Below are positions 11,612-23,574 of a stretch of 64,000 bases of DNA, piece after piece (positions within the stretch are counted from its first letter, which is position 1; each line of letters begins with the position of its first letter). The notes under the pieces are model-generated. The model did not search any database, was not told the origin of the DNA, and worked only from the letters and a program-made list of their open reading frames with translations. The translations under genes were made by a program, and so were the position numbers. Origin of the DNA: Paraspadella gotoi (lineage: Eukaryota > Animalia > Chaetognatha); NCBI GenBank assembly GCA_051294375.1, contig CM119264.1, positions 11,631,030 to 11,695,029 of the forward strand, read 5' to 3'.

Positions 11612-13788
11612 GTCTCTCTCTCTCCTCTCTCTCTTCTCTTCTCTCTCTATCGTTCTCTCTCTCTCATATTCTGGCATTTTTTTCAACATGAAATATGGAA
11701 CAACTAAAGGGCAGTCGTCTTCTCTCGCGATCAAATTCGACTTCACCAATCGGCCGAGTGATCTTCACTTCACCACAACTCAACTCCGCAACCTCCTCGC
11801 TTTCCTTTTTATCTGGCGATCGGAATCTCACTTCAATGTCTGCATTCTCTATCCACATAGTTTCTCTTCACTGCCGCTGTCGCTGCGCCCAGCTTGCTAC
11901 AGCTCATGCGGTCTGGGCAAAGTGCTCATCCGGTTTTCAAACGAATCTTTAATCTCATTGTCGCCAATTGACAAATTTTGTCATTTTCAACTTGTTTCGG
12001 CCGAAAGGTGAAGACAGGGTCACTTCCTAAAGTCTGCATTGGCATCTGTGACTTTTTGTTAGTAATTAAAATATTTATTGTGACCGCTAATGAGCCAGAG
12101 ACAACTGACTTAGATCGATCTCGAATTTTTTTTAAAAAACCTCGTTTTCATCCTCATTGATTCAAAAAGGGATAAAAAGCTGAAAGAAAGGAATCGAGAA
12201 CTGGCGACCAAATCGACTTGACGATTTAACCTGACATCTACATTGAAAACGACCTCATTTCGTTCGCTCATCTCGTCGTTCTTTCCTTAGTATCTTCTGC
12301 CAAGTCACAGGTCGCGAACTGACTGATATATCAACAACAAAAAAAAAAAAAACTACTCTTACGACTCGTTCAGAGGAAAACCGCCGCTTGCCATCGTCCG
12401 CCGTCGCTGCAACTGCTGTCATGACAAACCGGACGCCAACGAGAAACAGGTGGCCGTAGTTCCAACAGACGCCTTAAAAGCTTTTTCACCATAAACAGCG
12501 AACAGAAGCCGACGACAGAAGGAAAGAAGAAGACCATAAATGTGGTCTCGACGGAAAACAACAAACGAGCGACGCGACGGGAAGAGACCGAATGAATACG
12601 GAGGCGACGAAGAAAACAGAAAAAAAAAGTCACAGGAAGACCGAAGAATGGTGAATGGAAAGAGGTAGTAAAAAATAAAAAGGGAATGGATAACGCAATC
12701 ATGAATCGAACTCTGAAAGAAAGTAATTCTGCAGCTGGAAAAATATGAAAAGAAATACAGGGAGTTTCAAGCTCTTTTGAGACTAACTTAAAAAATCGTT
12801 TGGACAGGTAAAATAAAAAAATTATCGAATGAAAAATTGGGAACACTTGTAAAAAATTGTAATGATACACAATCAATTAAATGATCTCACCTTCGCCAAC
12901 CATGACCTTTTAAGGTTGCAAGAGAAGGCGCGTATGCTTTTTCCGACCAAGCCGTGGAGGAATGTCTCTTCATTTCTATCGCGATTGTTGCTGTCAGAAG
13001 GTCGAACAGTTCTAGAGGGGATGCGTGGGGACATTCTGTTTCTCTATTCTACATTTGTTCATATTCATATTGCTGTCAGAACAACTGCGCGGCCCAAATG
13101 TCAGGAGTCATCATCCTTCATGCTAAATGTTTGGAAAAATTTAAAAGCTTTAATTACAGGTGTTTGCTGTAGGGCTTTTCCAGATGTATATTCGATCGAG
13201 AAGAAATTGCCTAGTTCCTAATATAGTCCTTTTTTCCCTCTATTCAAATCATTTGTGTGACTAAGCACTTGAAGTTACGTCCATTAGATGCTGGAACCTC
13301 CCTGTATATATGTAATATTTTTTTCTTTCAAATTAAGGATTCGAATAATAGAAGTAGAAGCATATCTCGATACAAAGCATTTCCACTCCCATAACTCAAT
13401 AAAAAAAAAGAAAGATGATAACGGAGATAAAATGGAGAGACAAGTAAACTGAAAATACGAATCAGGACCATAAAAAAAGATCAATAACTGTGAAAAGTAC
13501 AAATGAAGGCGAAACGGAAGAGAAGGAGAGATAGAAATGACGACGTTCGTGGAAAATGGGATCAAAGTATGGATGCGCTGTCGAAGAGGAGTTTCTTGTA
13601 AATTCTCCCGATAGAGGGAAACAGGAGTAAGAGAGATGTAGAAGAGAGGTACAAATAAAGAGGTACGAGAAATGCGGAGAGAGCAGCGGAAACAAAAAGA
13701 AAATCTTTCCGATATCTTGACTAAAACTAAAAGGAGTGAAGATAAAAGATTCTTTACCGCCATTTTCGTTTCAAATATTTTTCCCTTC

Positions 13789-13889
<101 letters not shown>

Positions 13890-16800
13890 CATTCAGTCAA
13901 ACTAAAACATTGGGGGCATTTTTAAAGAACCATTCCTTTCCTCTACATACCCCTTCCCGCTTCTTTCTTCCTCCATTTGACTGACCTTACTGCCACGAAA
14001 CCTTACTTTGCTGCGGGCATCTCACCTCGCTCCGACCCTGCTCCTTCTTTCCTCCCCCCTCCACCTCCCCCCAAAATACTCCACTCCATTTTCTCAACAC
14101 TCAATTTTCTGGTGTCCGCGGGGCGAAAGCTTTTTCTCGATTTCCCATTTATTTCGACACCTCGGGATTTTCGCCTTTCGTTTTTGAGCACCGACATTCT
14201 ATGGCCCTCTCTCCCTCTCTCTCTCTCTCTCTCTCATCTCTCTCTCTGCATCTCTCCCTCTCTCTTCTCTCTCCTCTTCTCAAACCCTTTTCTTTTTCAG
14301 CTCCCCCATTTTGTTCGACCATTATTTTTTGTTCGAAATCAAAACAAACCCTCGTGCGAGTGTGCGTTTCCATCGTTTACTGGCTATCCCGTCCACTAGA
14401 TCTCCTCGGCACTTCTCACGCCTCCGGTATGAAAATGAACATCTGAAAAGTACTGTATATCTAAGCAACAATCTTTCAATGCGCAATTACAATTTCAATA
14501 ATTCTCTAGATGACGATCCGCCACGGCGTCCCAGCCAATCAAACTTCCCAATTTTCTTCCACGCGTTCCTCTTACCACCTACCAGTTCGACCACTGTACC
14601 ACCTGCGTCCCCTTCCCACCACGCCAAGGCTCATGACATTCTTCCGGTTCGAGTCGATTCTCACCCATACCGACGCATCATTTGCCAGGCGCCTTCCGAG
14701 GTCGTAGCGGCGGCCGACCGACCGAACGCGTGTGGCGTCGTCGACGCGATGCAGACCCATAGCAGTGTCGATACTATCCCCATATATTGCCCGACTGCAA
14801 CCGCTAATAAGGCCGAGTTAGATACCGCCAAATACCCTAACACTATCAATACGAGATAAAGACATAATACATAATACAACAGCCAGGTCCACATAAAACA
14901 ATCAACAACCTACCTGACACGATGAACACTGGCGCCGCGGACCTCCCAACAAGGATGTCATTATATCGTCTGTCATCTTCTCGATTGATTATGAAAATGA
15001 AGAAAAAGCTGTTTACAGTCCTGTCTAGTTTTTTTTTTGCGTCAGCCGCAGTTGCTAAAAAAAGAAACGCAGAGAAAAAGCGGTTAGTTAATGCTCTATT
15101 TTTTTTCTCGATATAGAAACCGCTCGCCCGGCGATGCTTCGTTTATAACGAGCGGTGAGTTAGCCGTATAAACGACGACCGATTGGTTTCGGTTTACCTC
15201 TTATCGCCCACTTAAAACTCGAGGCGATGGGCGGCGAAATGGTGGACTTGGCGTGCGTTTCAAGTGAGATATGGGTTGCGCCATAAACCATTTGCTTCAG
15301 ATGAGATGATAAAAAAAGCGTCAGTACTTTCTGATGCGTGGAAGTCCAATTATGCTTCATGAAGTGTTTTGCTGGAGTTAGCATATTGCACTTGATTGCA
15401 TTTTTTCTCCGTCGATGAAGTATAATAATTATATTTTTAAAAAATTGAAAATAAAATATTTTTTAATTATGGTTGTGTACAGCCGTTGTTATTTAAGTGC
15501 TAACAGCAGTTTATGGGTCACCGCCAATTCAGGTCTTTAGAAATATCACAATTCAGATATTTTCCTCATTTTAACGACTACCCCTGTCTAGGCCTAAAGC
15601 ACCTCATCACCTCGCTCTACCGTATTTTCTTACACTTCGTACTCTTATCAGCCAACAAAATGTTGCCTTCCACCTACATACGACGTCTGTTTATCTTCGC
15701 AGCACACCTGAGTTTATTATTGTTCATTGTTCATGCGCTTCCATTGCTAAATCGAAATACACTCTTCCACTTCCTCGAATAACTCTCTTTTTTCTTGTCT
15801 GGACGTACCGTGTGGTCGCTGTGGGAATAAAGATAATTAATTTCATAAGAAATTCCCATAATTTATTATTCAAACTATCGGTTATTAAATAAAATATCAA
15901 GGAGATTTCTAATCTAGGTATGACATAAAGTTGTCAGTTCTATCTCGTTGGGCGACAATGAAAAACCAAAATAGCACACGGAGAAGATCCCGCTTTTTTT
16001 CCTACTCCATCTTGATTAGTACTCGCAGTTGCGAGATATGATTTACCATAATTGCGGAGAAAAACCGGAATGTCTGAATAAAGAAAGAAAAAGCGATGAA
16101 GACAGGAAGAAGGAAAAGAGGAGAGGATTCTGGAGAGGGACGCGAAAAAAAATGAAAAGACGATGCTAAGAAAATAATGAAAGCATTCTTACAAAATTAT
16201 TGAAAAGAGTAAGAAGACAAAAATGCAGTTTTCCCGGCAAGCTGTATCATTATTTTTTTAAAGTTGGCAAACGATTAAGAGGAGGAAAAAATACATTTGT
16301 TTTATGTTTTTGTTTACTTTTCTTCAGTTAATTATAAAAAAAAAATAAAGAAACATTTACTGATTTTAGGCGATTAAGCAATATTTCCGTTACGATTTCA
16401 TTATGTATACGCGACTTAAATTACATGTACGCAGTAGTTTTATTACACTTTTGAAGGCAAACGGATATGAAGAAGACAAAGATGAATTAAATTGAATTTA
16501 AGCTTCGTGCGATTTAATCAAGACGTCTTTTGGTCGACGACCGAACTCGGATCCCAAAATACGTACTTTTGCCAGTCGACGAGAGCCGCTCGGGCCGGGC
16601 GCGAGCGCAACGCGGATGACCCCACGCTGACACTCCCACCACCTCCCAGCATCTCGCTCGTTTTCGTCGCGCCCGGGGATCCTGGAATCGCCGGCGCACA
16701 GGCGCCGCCTCGGCCGGCCCGCCGCGTTTGTGTCCGTGCGCAGAAGACGGCCGCCCCAGCCGACGCCCCATCGCGCCATCGATCTTTACAGATAGACTCT

Positions 16801-19574
16801 GCACGAAATGGCAGACGGGACCATCGGAGTTTGGACGGATTAAAGTGATGAAGCCTCGGCGGAGGAAGCCGAACCCTCTCCATCTCTTCTCCTATCCCGA
16901 AGCGACACCGCGCGCCACCAACGCGCGAAACTCAACATCGTTCTCCACGGAATTCGGCGTCGAGCGCCGTGCGACAAATCGGCTGCCACGAGTCGTCGAA
17001 GGCGAAGGCGTGGCGTTGACGATTAACGGAACTGGCGATGTCTGTGGAAGACGTCCGCGCGACGTTGCGCCGAAACTGTGGATGGCGTGATAGCGGCGTC
17101 GTCAATCTTGAGGATTCGTGAGCGAAGGGTCGTCATCATTTAAGTCGCGTTCGCAGACGCCCTCGCCGAGCACTTCGACGCGCATGACCCGCCGTTTAAG
17201 ACGTGTGTCGCGGCCCGATGATTGCGCCGCCACAAAGATGGCGCCACGCGATGACGCCGAGATTCGACGTCGAACTCGAGACTTCCAGTGACACGAGCAC
17301 ACGGAAATTTGGCCAGAATTGGCGTGAGGGTTGGAGCGAATCTTGGAAAGAGCGGCGGGAAATGTTGGCGGTCGGGAAAGAGTATGATCGAGACCTTTTG
17401 TGTTGTTTGTTTTTCATGGGTATTCGCTGTCATGCTACGTATTTGTTTAGTTCAGGCCGACTCAATTGCTGGAGAACAGTAAAGGCGTATTGGGGTTTGT
17501 TCACTGTTCAATTGGTTTGAACAATGACCAACCTTTGAACCAATCTTTTCTTTCGTCGATGTTATGTCTTCGACTTTTCCGCAAAGCGACGTGATTGTCC
17601 GATTGTTCCGTAACAAAGTCTGATTCGACGATGCCTGTTTTGTTTTTCCTCCCCAAGCGTTGTTCAACTGGGTTTTATTCAATTATTAATATTAGAGAAT
17701 TTAAAATTTCGAAAATAATATTATTAATCCGATTGTTATTCTAGTGGATTAAATACGCATATGATATTAGACACATTAAAATCTTTTTTTCGGTAATAAA
17801 AAGACTTAAAATTTCGTGAAATAAAACAGAATTCAGTTTAAATACTTGGAAGCTGTTGTGATTTTTGGTAGGTTTAATTTCGGTGGTTTCGACGTTACTG
17901 AGCTGCGGCTGAAATGTCCGAAGAAAAAAATTGTTCTTAGTGTGCCTATTTGTGCAATTAACAAAATATTATTCGCTTTATCATAAAAGATCAGTTGTTT
18001 GTTTTGGAATAATCTAGAATTTAGATCAAGAGAGCTGCAATAATTTGCAGTCCTTACCTCTGGATGCATATTGGCCTTTTTTTGAGCCGCATACTCGAGT
18101 CAGAAAGGCAAGCGTCGAAAAAAAGAATAAGCATAATGATCCGATATATTTCATTACCGAAAAAATTCCAAATCTTTAAAATCTATCTCAGATTTAAAAT
18201 TATCATTAATTGACACCCGGAAATTCAAACACCAGTCTCGGTTGCATTTAAAACTAGGTTTTCCTGACTTCAAACATTTTTACATTCGAAGATTCTTCAG
18301 TTAGTCATGCTGTTATGGATTTTATAATTTAAAATCGCCGTAGGTTTTGCATGATATGGCCCGAAAAATTGGCCAGAAATTGGTCCAACCAATAGTTGAC
18401 ATTAGCTTTTCTTCCTCAGAACTGATCAGTGATCACCTCTTTTTTAAGGTTGTTCACTGATCCCACGGCCCGCTTCGACAGAGGGTCAACTCCCGCGACC
18501 CCTTCTGTCGTCGACCTTTTCTTCGGAAGGATTAAAACCTCATTCTCCCTTCTCGCCGTAGTCGTCGTTCGTCGTCTTGACCAGAATTGTTCACTTCCTG
18601 TTCTCTACTTCTTCATATGAAAATTAAATCGACTGATCCTCTTGTCGGAATCAAAACAAACCGAGAATTGAGTATTAGTTAAGATTTATAAACAAGTATA
18701 ATAAAACTGTTTCGCATTTCCCTTTCTTCGCTTTTATCTTCTCCATCCATTCTCCAGAGATCTCGTCTCCCACCATTGTTTCACCAGAATTGGGTCGCCT
18801 CTGCCTCCCCGCCCGCTGTTTGGTCGCTGAATAAGCCGGGTACGATCAACTTAACCGGTTTCTCTCTCTCTCTCTCTCGTCTCCTCTACTCTCTCTCTCT
18901 TTCTCTCTCCTCTCTTCTCTCAACTTTCCAAAGCCTACTTTTTTTGCCCCTGCTTGATAACTTATCCTGCCTCCGAACGTGATCGCCTTTCCTCACGACG
19001 TTTTCTCCGTTGATGAAATTGTCGTCGGACGTTGATGGTGAAAAACAGAAGGTTGCTGACTAAAGCGAAAGATGTAACGACGGAAATTTGGTTTCAGTTT
19101 TGGCTTGATTTTTTTAAAAAATTGGGTGGTAATATTAAACCTTTCTGATCGGTCGATAATTAAGACGGAACTAGCATTTTTAACAGCATGGTACACCTAA
19201 ATAAAACTTTAAATGACTTTCATTTGGAAATATGCGTTAAGATCGGCAAAAACCAGAGGAGACGATTTGAACCTGATTTCCATACGGAGCAAAAGACTTC
19301 ATCGCAAAGAAAATTTCGAGGCAGGTTATCGTTCTCTTAATTTTTCTTTCTCGCTTCGCGGAAGCTGAAAAAAAAAATTGGCGGTGTACACATTGAATAA
19401 AACTTTTTATATAATCTCTTCCATCCCAGACATCATATTTTTGCCGAATATTCTCGGCGGCGATTCTCCGTCCATCTCGTGCTCGCTCCCTCCGAGTCTT
19501 GAATCGGAAATGAGGTATTTCGAATTCGGTTATGCCTTCGACGCTGGAAGAAAAAAAAAAGAACTGGAATAACG

Positions 19575-20045
19575 GAGACGACGATTCGGCGGAGGAGACG
19601 ACGACAACGACGTCGATGCTCCCAGCGCAATGATGAGGTCGACGATACCAAAAGCGACGACGAACACGAAAATGACGATGATGCAGGCTGCAACGACGAT
19701 GAAGACGATGCCAAGAGCGACGACGACAACGACGACAACGACGACAGCGACATCAAAGACGACAATGACCTCAATGGCATTGACGCTAAAAACGAAGACA
19801 ATGACGTCAATGGCATTGACGCTAAAAACGACGACGATGACGACGATGCTGGAAGCAGTGACGATGAAGACGATGCCGACATCGACGACGATGATGACGA
19901 CGACGATGACGACAGCGAAGACGATAACGATTCCGACAGCTACGACGATGACGATGCCTCCAGCCGCGATGACGACCACGACGACGAAAATCGCGACTCC
20001 TTTTGCCATCGTCGTTATCGTTGTCGTTTTGGTTGTCGTCGACGT
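19575..20045. repeat. Degenerate (GAC/GAT)n low-complexity block (other copy ~7742-8195)
   Basis: Cryptic trinucleotide repeat giving Thr/Met-, Asp- or Val/Ser-rich translations depending on frame. Confidence 0.85.
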
Positions 20046-20383
20046 GATATTATCGAGTTCTGACGGTGGAAATCATGTTTGGCGTTTTCAAAAAACACGG
20101 CGCTCGCTGCGTCGTTTTGCGGATCGAGAAAAATAAAAATAATAATAATCTTTCTAGTTTCTCCGAGAAATTGTTCACGTTTTAAAGGCATTAGATTTGA
20201 GCCGAGGAATTTTAAAAAACAGGCACACTAAAGCTTTGAAGCGGATGGGAATTTTAAAGAAGAAACGGAAATATATTTTTGTTATATTTTTCAAAACCTG
20301 AAATGCTTCTTCAGAGTTAATATATCGTTTTAAAATCATAAATCTTTCCAAGGAGACGCTCCTTTTTCCCCCCGCTTCCTTAC

Positions 20384-20609
20384 CTATGAACCCTGACGAT
20401 GGTGAGATTCTTCGAGACGTTGCTATGGTAACCGCGGACTTTGAGGACGAGCGTCTGATCGCCGCCTCCGTGGAGGAACTCTCTCTCGATCTGAATCGTG
20501 GACTTGACCAGGTTGGCCGAGACGACCTCGAACGCCCCGTGGCCGAGACGGAGGAACCCACCCTCTTCCGTGTGGGGGTAGATGTACCACGTGACGTTGC
20601 GAGGGGCCA
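20384..20609 (-). CDS. IgSF receptor exon E6 (Ig4 strands C-G)
   Basis: Acceptor ttctccccgcag|TG (phase 1), donor CATAG|gtaag (phase 2), 226 nt open. Reads VAPRNVTWYIYPHTEEGGFLRLGHGAFEVVSANLVKSTIQIEREFLHGGGDQTLVLKVRGYHSNVSKNLTIVRVH. Joins E5 to give CEILSNPAVAPRNVTW, the Ig B-strand C…NP…W pattern. N-glycosylation sequons NVT, NVS, NLT. Confidence 0.85.
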
Positions 20610-21213
20610 CTGCGGGGAGAAATTGGGGGGCGAGGGGGAGAGGGAGGTTTGTGGGTGAGTTGAAGAGAGGTACGGAAGTGAACGAGTGAAAGGGAATGAT
20701 GTGAGTAAAGAAAGGGAAGGTAAAAGGGTGGAAGCCACGTCTTCCGGGACGGCGAAACAAGAGGAGAAAAAGAAAATTATTATTTATTTCAAAAAACAAT
20801 ATGTATGCATGTATATGGCGAGAGAAAGAAAAAACGCCAAAAAAAAAAGCTTTTAGAAATAAACTAGTGAGAAAAAGGAAGAGAGAAAAAAAATGTTTGA
20901 AAAAAAAAGAGCAAAGAGAAAAATGGGAGTCACGGGTGGCGGTGAAACCAAAAGACGGCTTTGAAATAATCAAAGCCGCGACGCCGGGCAGCGGCCGGCG
21001 CGCCGTCGGTCGGCCGCGTGGGAGACCGGGAAGCACGGGCGGGAGGGCCGGCGGGCGGGCGGGTACGGGCGGGCGGGCGGGAAACAAACGCGAAAAAATC
21101 GATGGAGAACTAGAAAGAAAAACGAGAACTAGAAAAAATGGTGGAGGTAGATGGAGAGGAAGAAGGGAGGAGATAGAGAAAGAAGAGAGAGAGAGAGAGA
21201 GAGAAGAGAGAGA

Positions 21214-21262
<49 letters not shown>

Positions 21263-21710
21263 AGAGAGAGAGAGAAAAGTGGAAATGTTTCCTAATTACT
21301 GACACGGCTCCGGGAAAAGCTTATTAGTCGAGGCTAAAGGGCAATCGATCAATGTTAAAACATTTCGTCGAGTTTCCGAAAGAAACATTAATTGTTCACT
21401 GAACTCAATGTTCAAGAAATATTTTGTCTCACGTAATGATAAGTGTTTGATAAGTGAAATTTTTAACAAAAATGATTGCAAGATTTCTAGTAAAAAATAA
21501 AGAAAAGTGGGATAAAAATTAATGAAATCGAATGAGACCGTGACGAAAAAAGAAGATAACAAACAAAAGAGAGAATGAGGAAAGAGATTCGAGGATTTGA
21601 CGACGAAACAAACAGAATTTTTAGCTTCACAGGCCGGAATTCTTTTTTTTTCGTTGGCAAATAGCGAGAATAGAGAGAGAGAGAGGAAGAGGGAAAAAAG
21701 GAAATGAGAC

Positions 21711-21772
<62 letters not shown>

Positions 21773-22009
21773 ACAGACGCGGCCAACTCGTAAAATTGAA
21801 AACGGAAAAAAAAAGTGTGAACGTTTGGTGAACGGCACGTAAAAGACTCAGACGCGGAAGCCTTTGCGTCAGAGCCACATTTTGGGTTTCATTATTTTGA
21901 TTGTATACAAAACTTATAAAAACTATATAACTTTGCATACGGCAGCGAATAGTTAATATTTAAAAAAAGAACCTCACTTGGACCATCGAAATCCCACCAG
22001 CTCACTCAC

Positions 22010-22228
22010 CCGCGGGGTTAGAGAGAATCTCGCAAGCCAGGGTGATGTTCTGCCCGCTGTGAGTCACCACCGAGATGGGACACATGATCTTCGGGGCGAA
22101 GACGTACATGAGGGTGAAGCGGCGTTGGTAGCCGAGGCCGCTCTGATTGGCCTGAAGCGTCAGCGTTAGGTTGGGATAAGATGGAGTCACCAGCTGGGGA
22201 TCCAGGTACAGGTTGAGACTGTACCCAC
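22010..22228 (-). CDS. IgSF receptor exon E5 (Ig3 strands E-G plus Ig4 strands A-B)
   Basis: Acceptor tctttctcag|GT, donor GCGG|gtgagt, 219 nt, phase 1-1. Reads GGYSLNLYLDPQLVTPSYPNLTLTLQANQSGLGYQRRFTLMYVFAPKIMCPISVVTHSGQNITLACEILSNPA. Confidence 0.85.
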
Positions 22229-22837
22229 CTGAGAAAGAGAAGAGGCGAGAGAAAGGATGGGCATAGAAATTAAATAATATTTAAATGAATGAAATACATA
22301 TTAAATACTTGTTGTTCTAGCAGGTAAAAGCGATAGGAAGTTCTCGATTCGCTATTCTATACCCAAATCAATATCTATGACCATATCACTCTGTCCACCA
22401 CCCCTGCTTTCTCTCCCCCCCCTTTCCCCTTCACCGGCCCCGGTCGCGGCAAGATAAACCATAAACAAGGCGAGTATTGACAAAAGGGATTGAGTTCGCA
22501 ACGAGCGATGGCGTTGATGGCGGCGTCGCCGGCGTCGCCTCGACCGCGCCGTCAACGTCTCCGACGCCGGCGGCGATCTGACTTCCGGCGCCGGGGAGAT
22601 GCGCCTCACGCCCTGGCTTAGATTATGAGTTATAATCCCCTTTTCTCTCAATATTCACAGAATCCCTTTTGTTTTTTTGTTGTTTTTTTTTTTCGCTCGG
22701 GCGGTCGGATTAAAAAAAAAAAAAAAAACAAGGGCCGGTTCCTTCTTTCTTTTTCTTTGTCCACTTTTGTCTTTTTGGTCTTCGAATCTTTCTCGTCTCG
22801 ATTCTTTCGCCGGAGAAGCTCACCCACAATAACTTAC

Positions 22838-22971
22838 CCTGAATCTTTTCGACTTTCTGTCGCTCGCTGGAAGGTCGAACGGGGATCGTGTAGAAGTTTC
22901 GGTAGATCCACTGCATGTTGTACAAGGGAACAGAGGGGTTGGCGTAGACGTGGCAGGAAACTCGGTGAACT
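22838..22971 (-). CDS. IgSF receptor exon E4 (Ig3 strands B-D)
   Basis: Acceptor (ct)n-ccag|A (phase 2), donor CAGG|gtaagt (phase 1), 134 nt. Reads RVHRVSCHVYANPSVPLYNMQWIYRNFYTIPVRPSSERQKVEKIQ with the Ig C-x-V-x-A-N-P…W motif. Phases match E3 and E5. Confidence 0.85.
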
Positions 22972-22972
22972 C

Positions 22973-23033
<61 letters not shown>

Positions 23034-23446
23034 CAAACGAGAGATTATAATAAACAATGGCGGCCGGAAATGACAAATAAAACGGTTCGTCTTCTTCGTT
23101 TTGTTGTCGTCGTTTAGGTCGTCGTCGTCGTCATCGTCGTCGTCATTGTTTTCCTCCCTTATTTGTTTGTTTACGTTTCGAACTGACTCATATTAGGCAT
23201 AGTCGTCGTCGTCATCGTCATCGTAGATGTTCTCAATTTGTTTGTTTACGGTTTAAGCTAATATGCAGTTGGAAAAAGTTTCAATTACAACATTAAAACT
23301 GAAGTGTGAGAGTGAGAGAGAGAAATAGAGACTCACAGAGAAAGAGATAGAAAGAACGAGCGAGAGATATCAAGATCCAGTGGAATGAAAATTGTCCGAG
23401 CCATTTTTGTCGCATGGAATTTTATAGAACCCTCGAGACGAGTTAG

Positions 23447-23574
<128 letters not shown>

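Noticed and set aside
14600-14790. …LTHTDASF…RPIAVS on the + strand, reminiscent of Ty3/gypsy RNase H (TDAS…RPIA)
   Set aside because: The GLGAVL-type core is missing, there is an in-frame stop, and no RT, integrase or LTR is nearby; likely chance.
20386-20658. Plausible-looking acidic + strand ORF (MNPDDGEILRDV…), and similarly 37151-37921 + and 4693-5079 +
   Set aside because: Antisense shadows of minus-strand exons that have proper splice sites and Ig/TM motifs.
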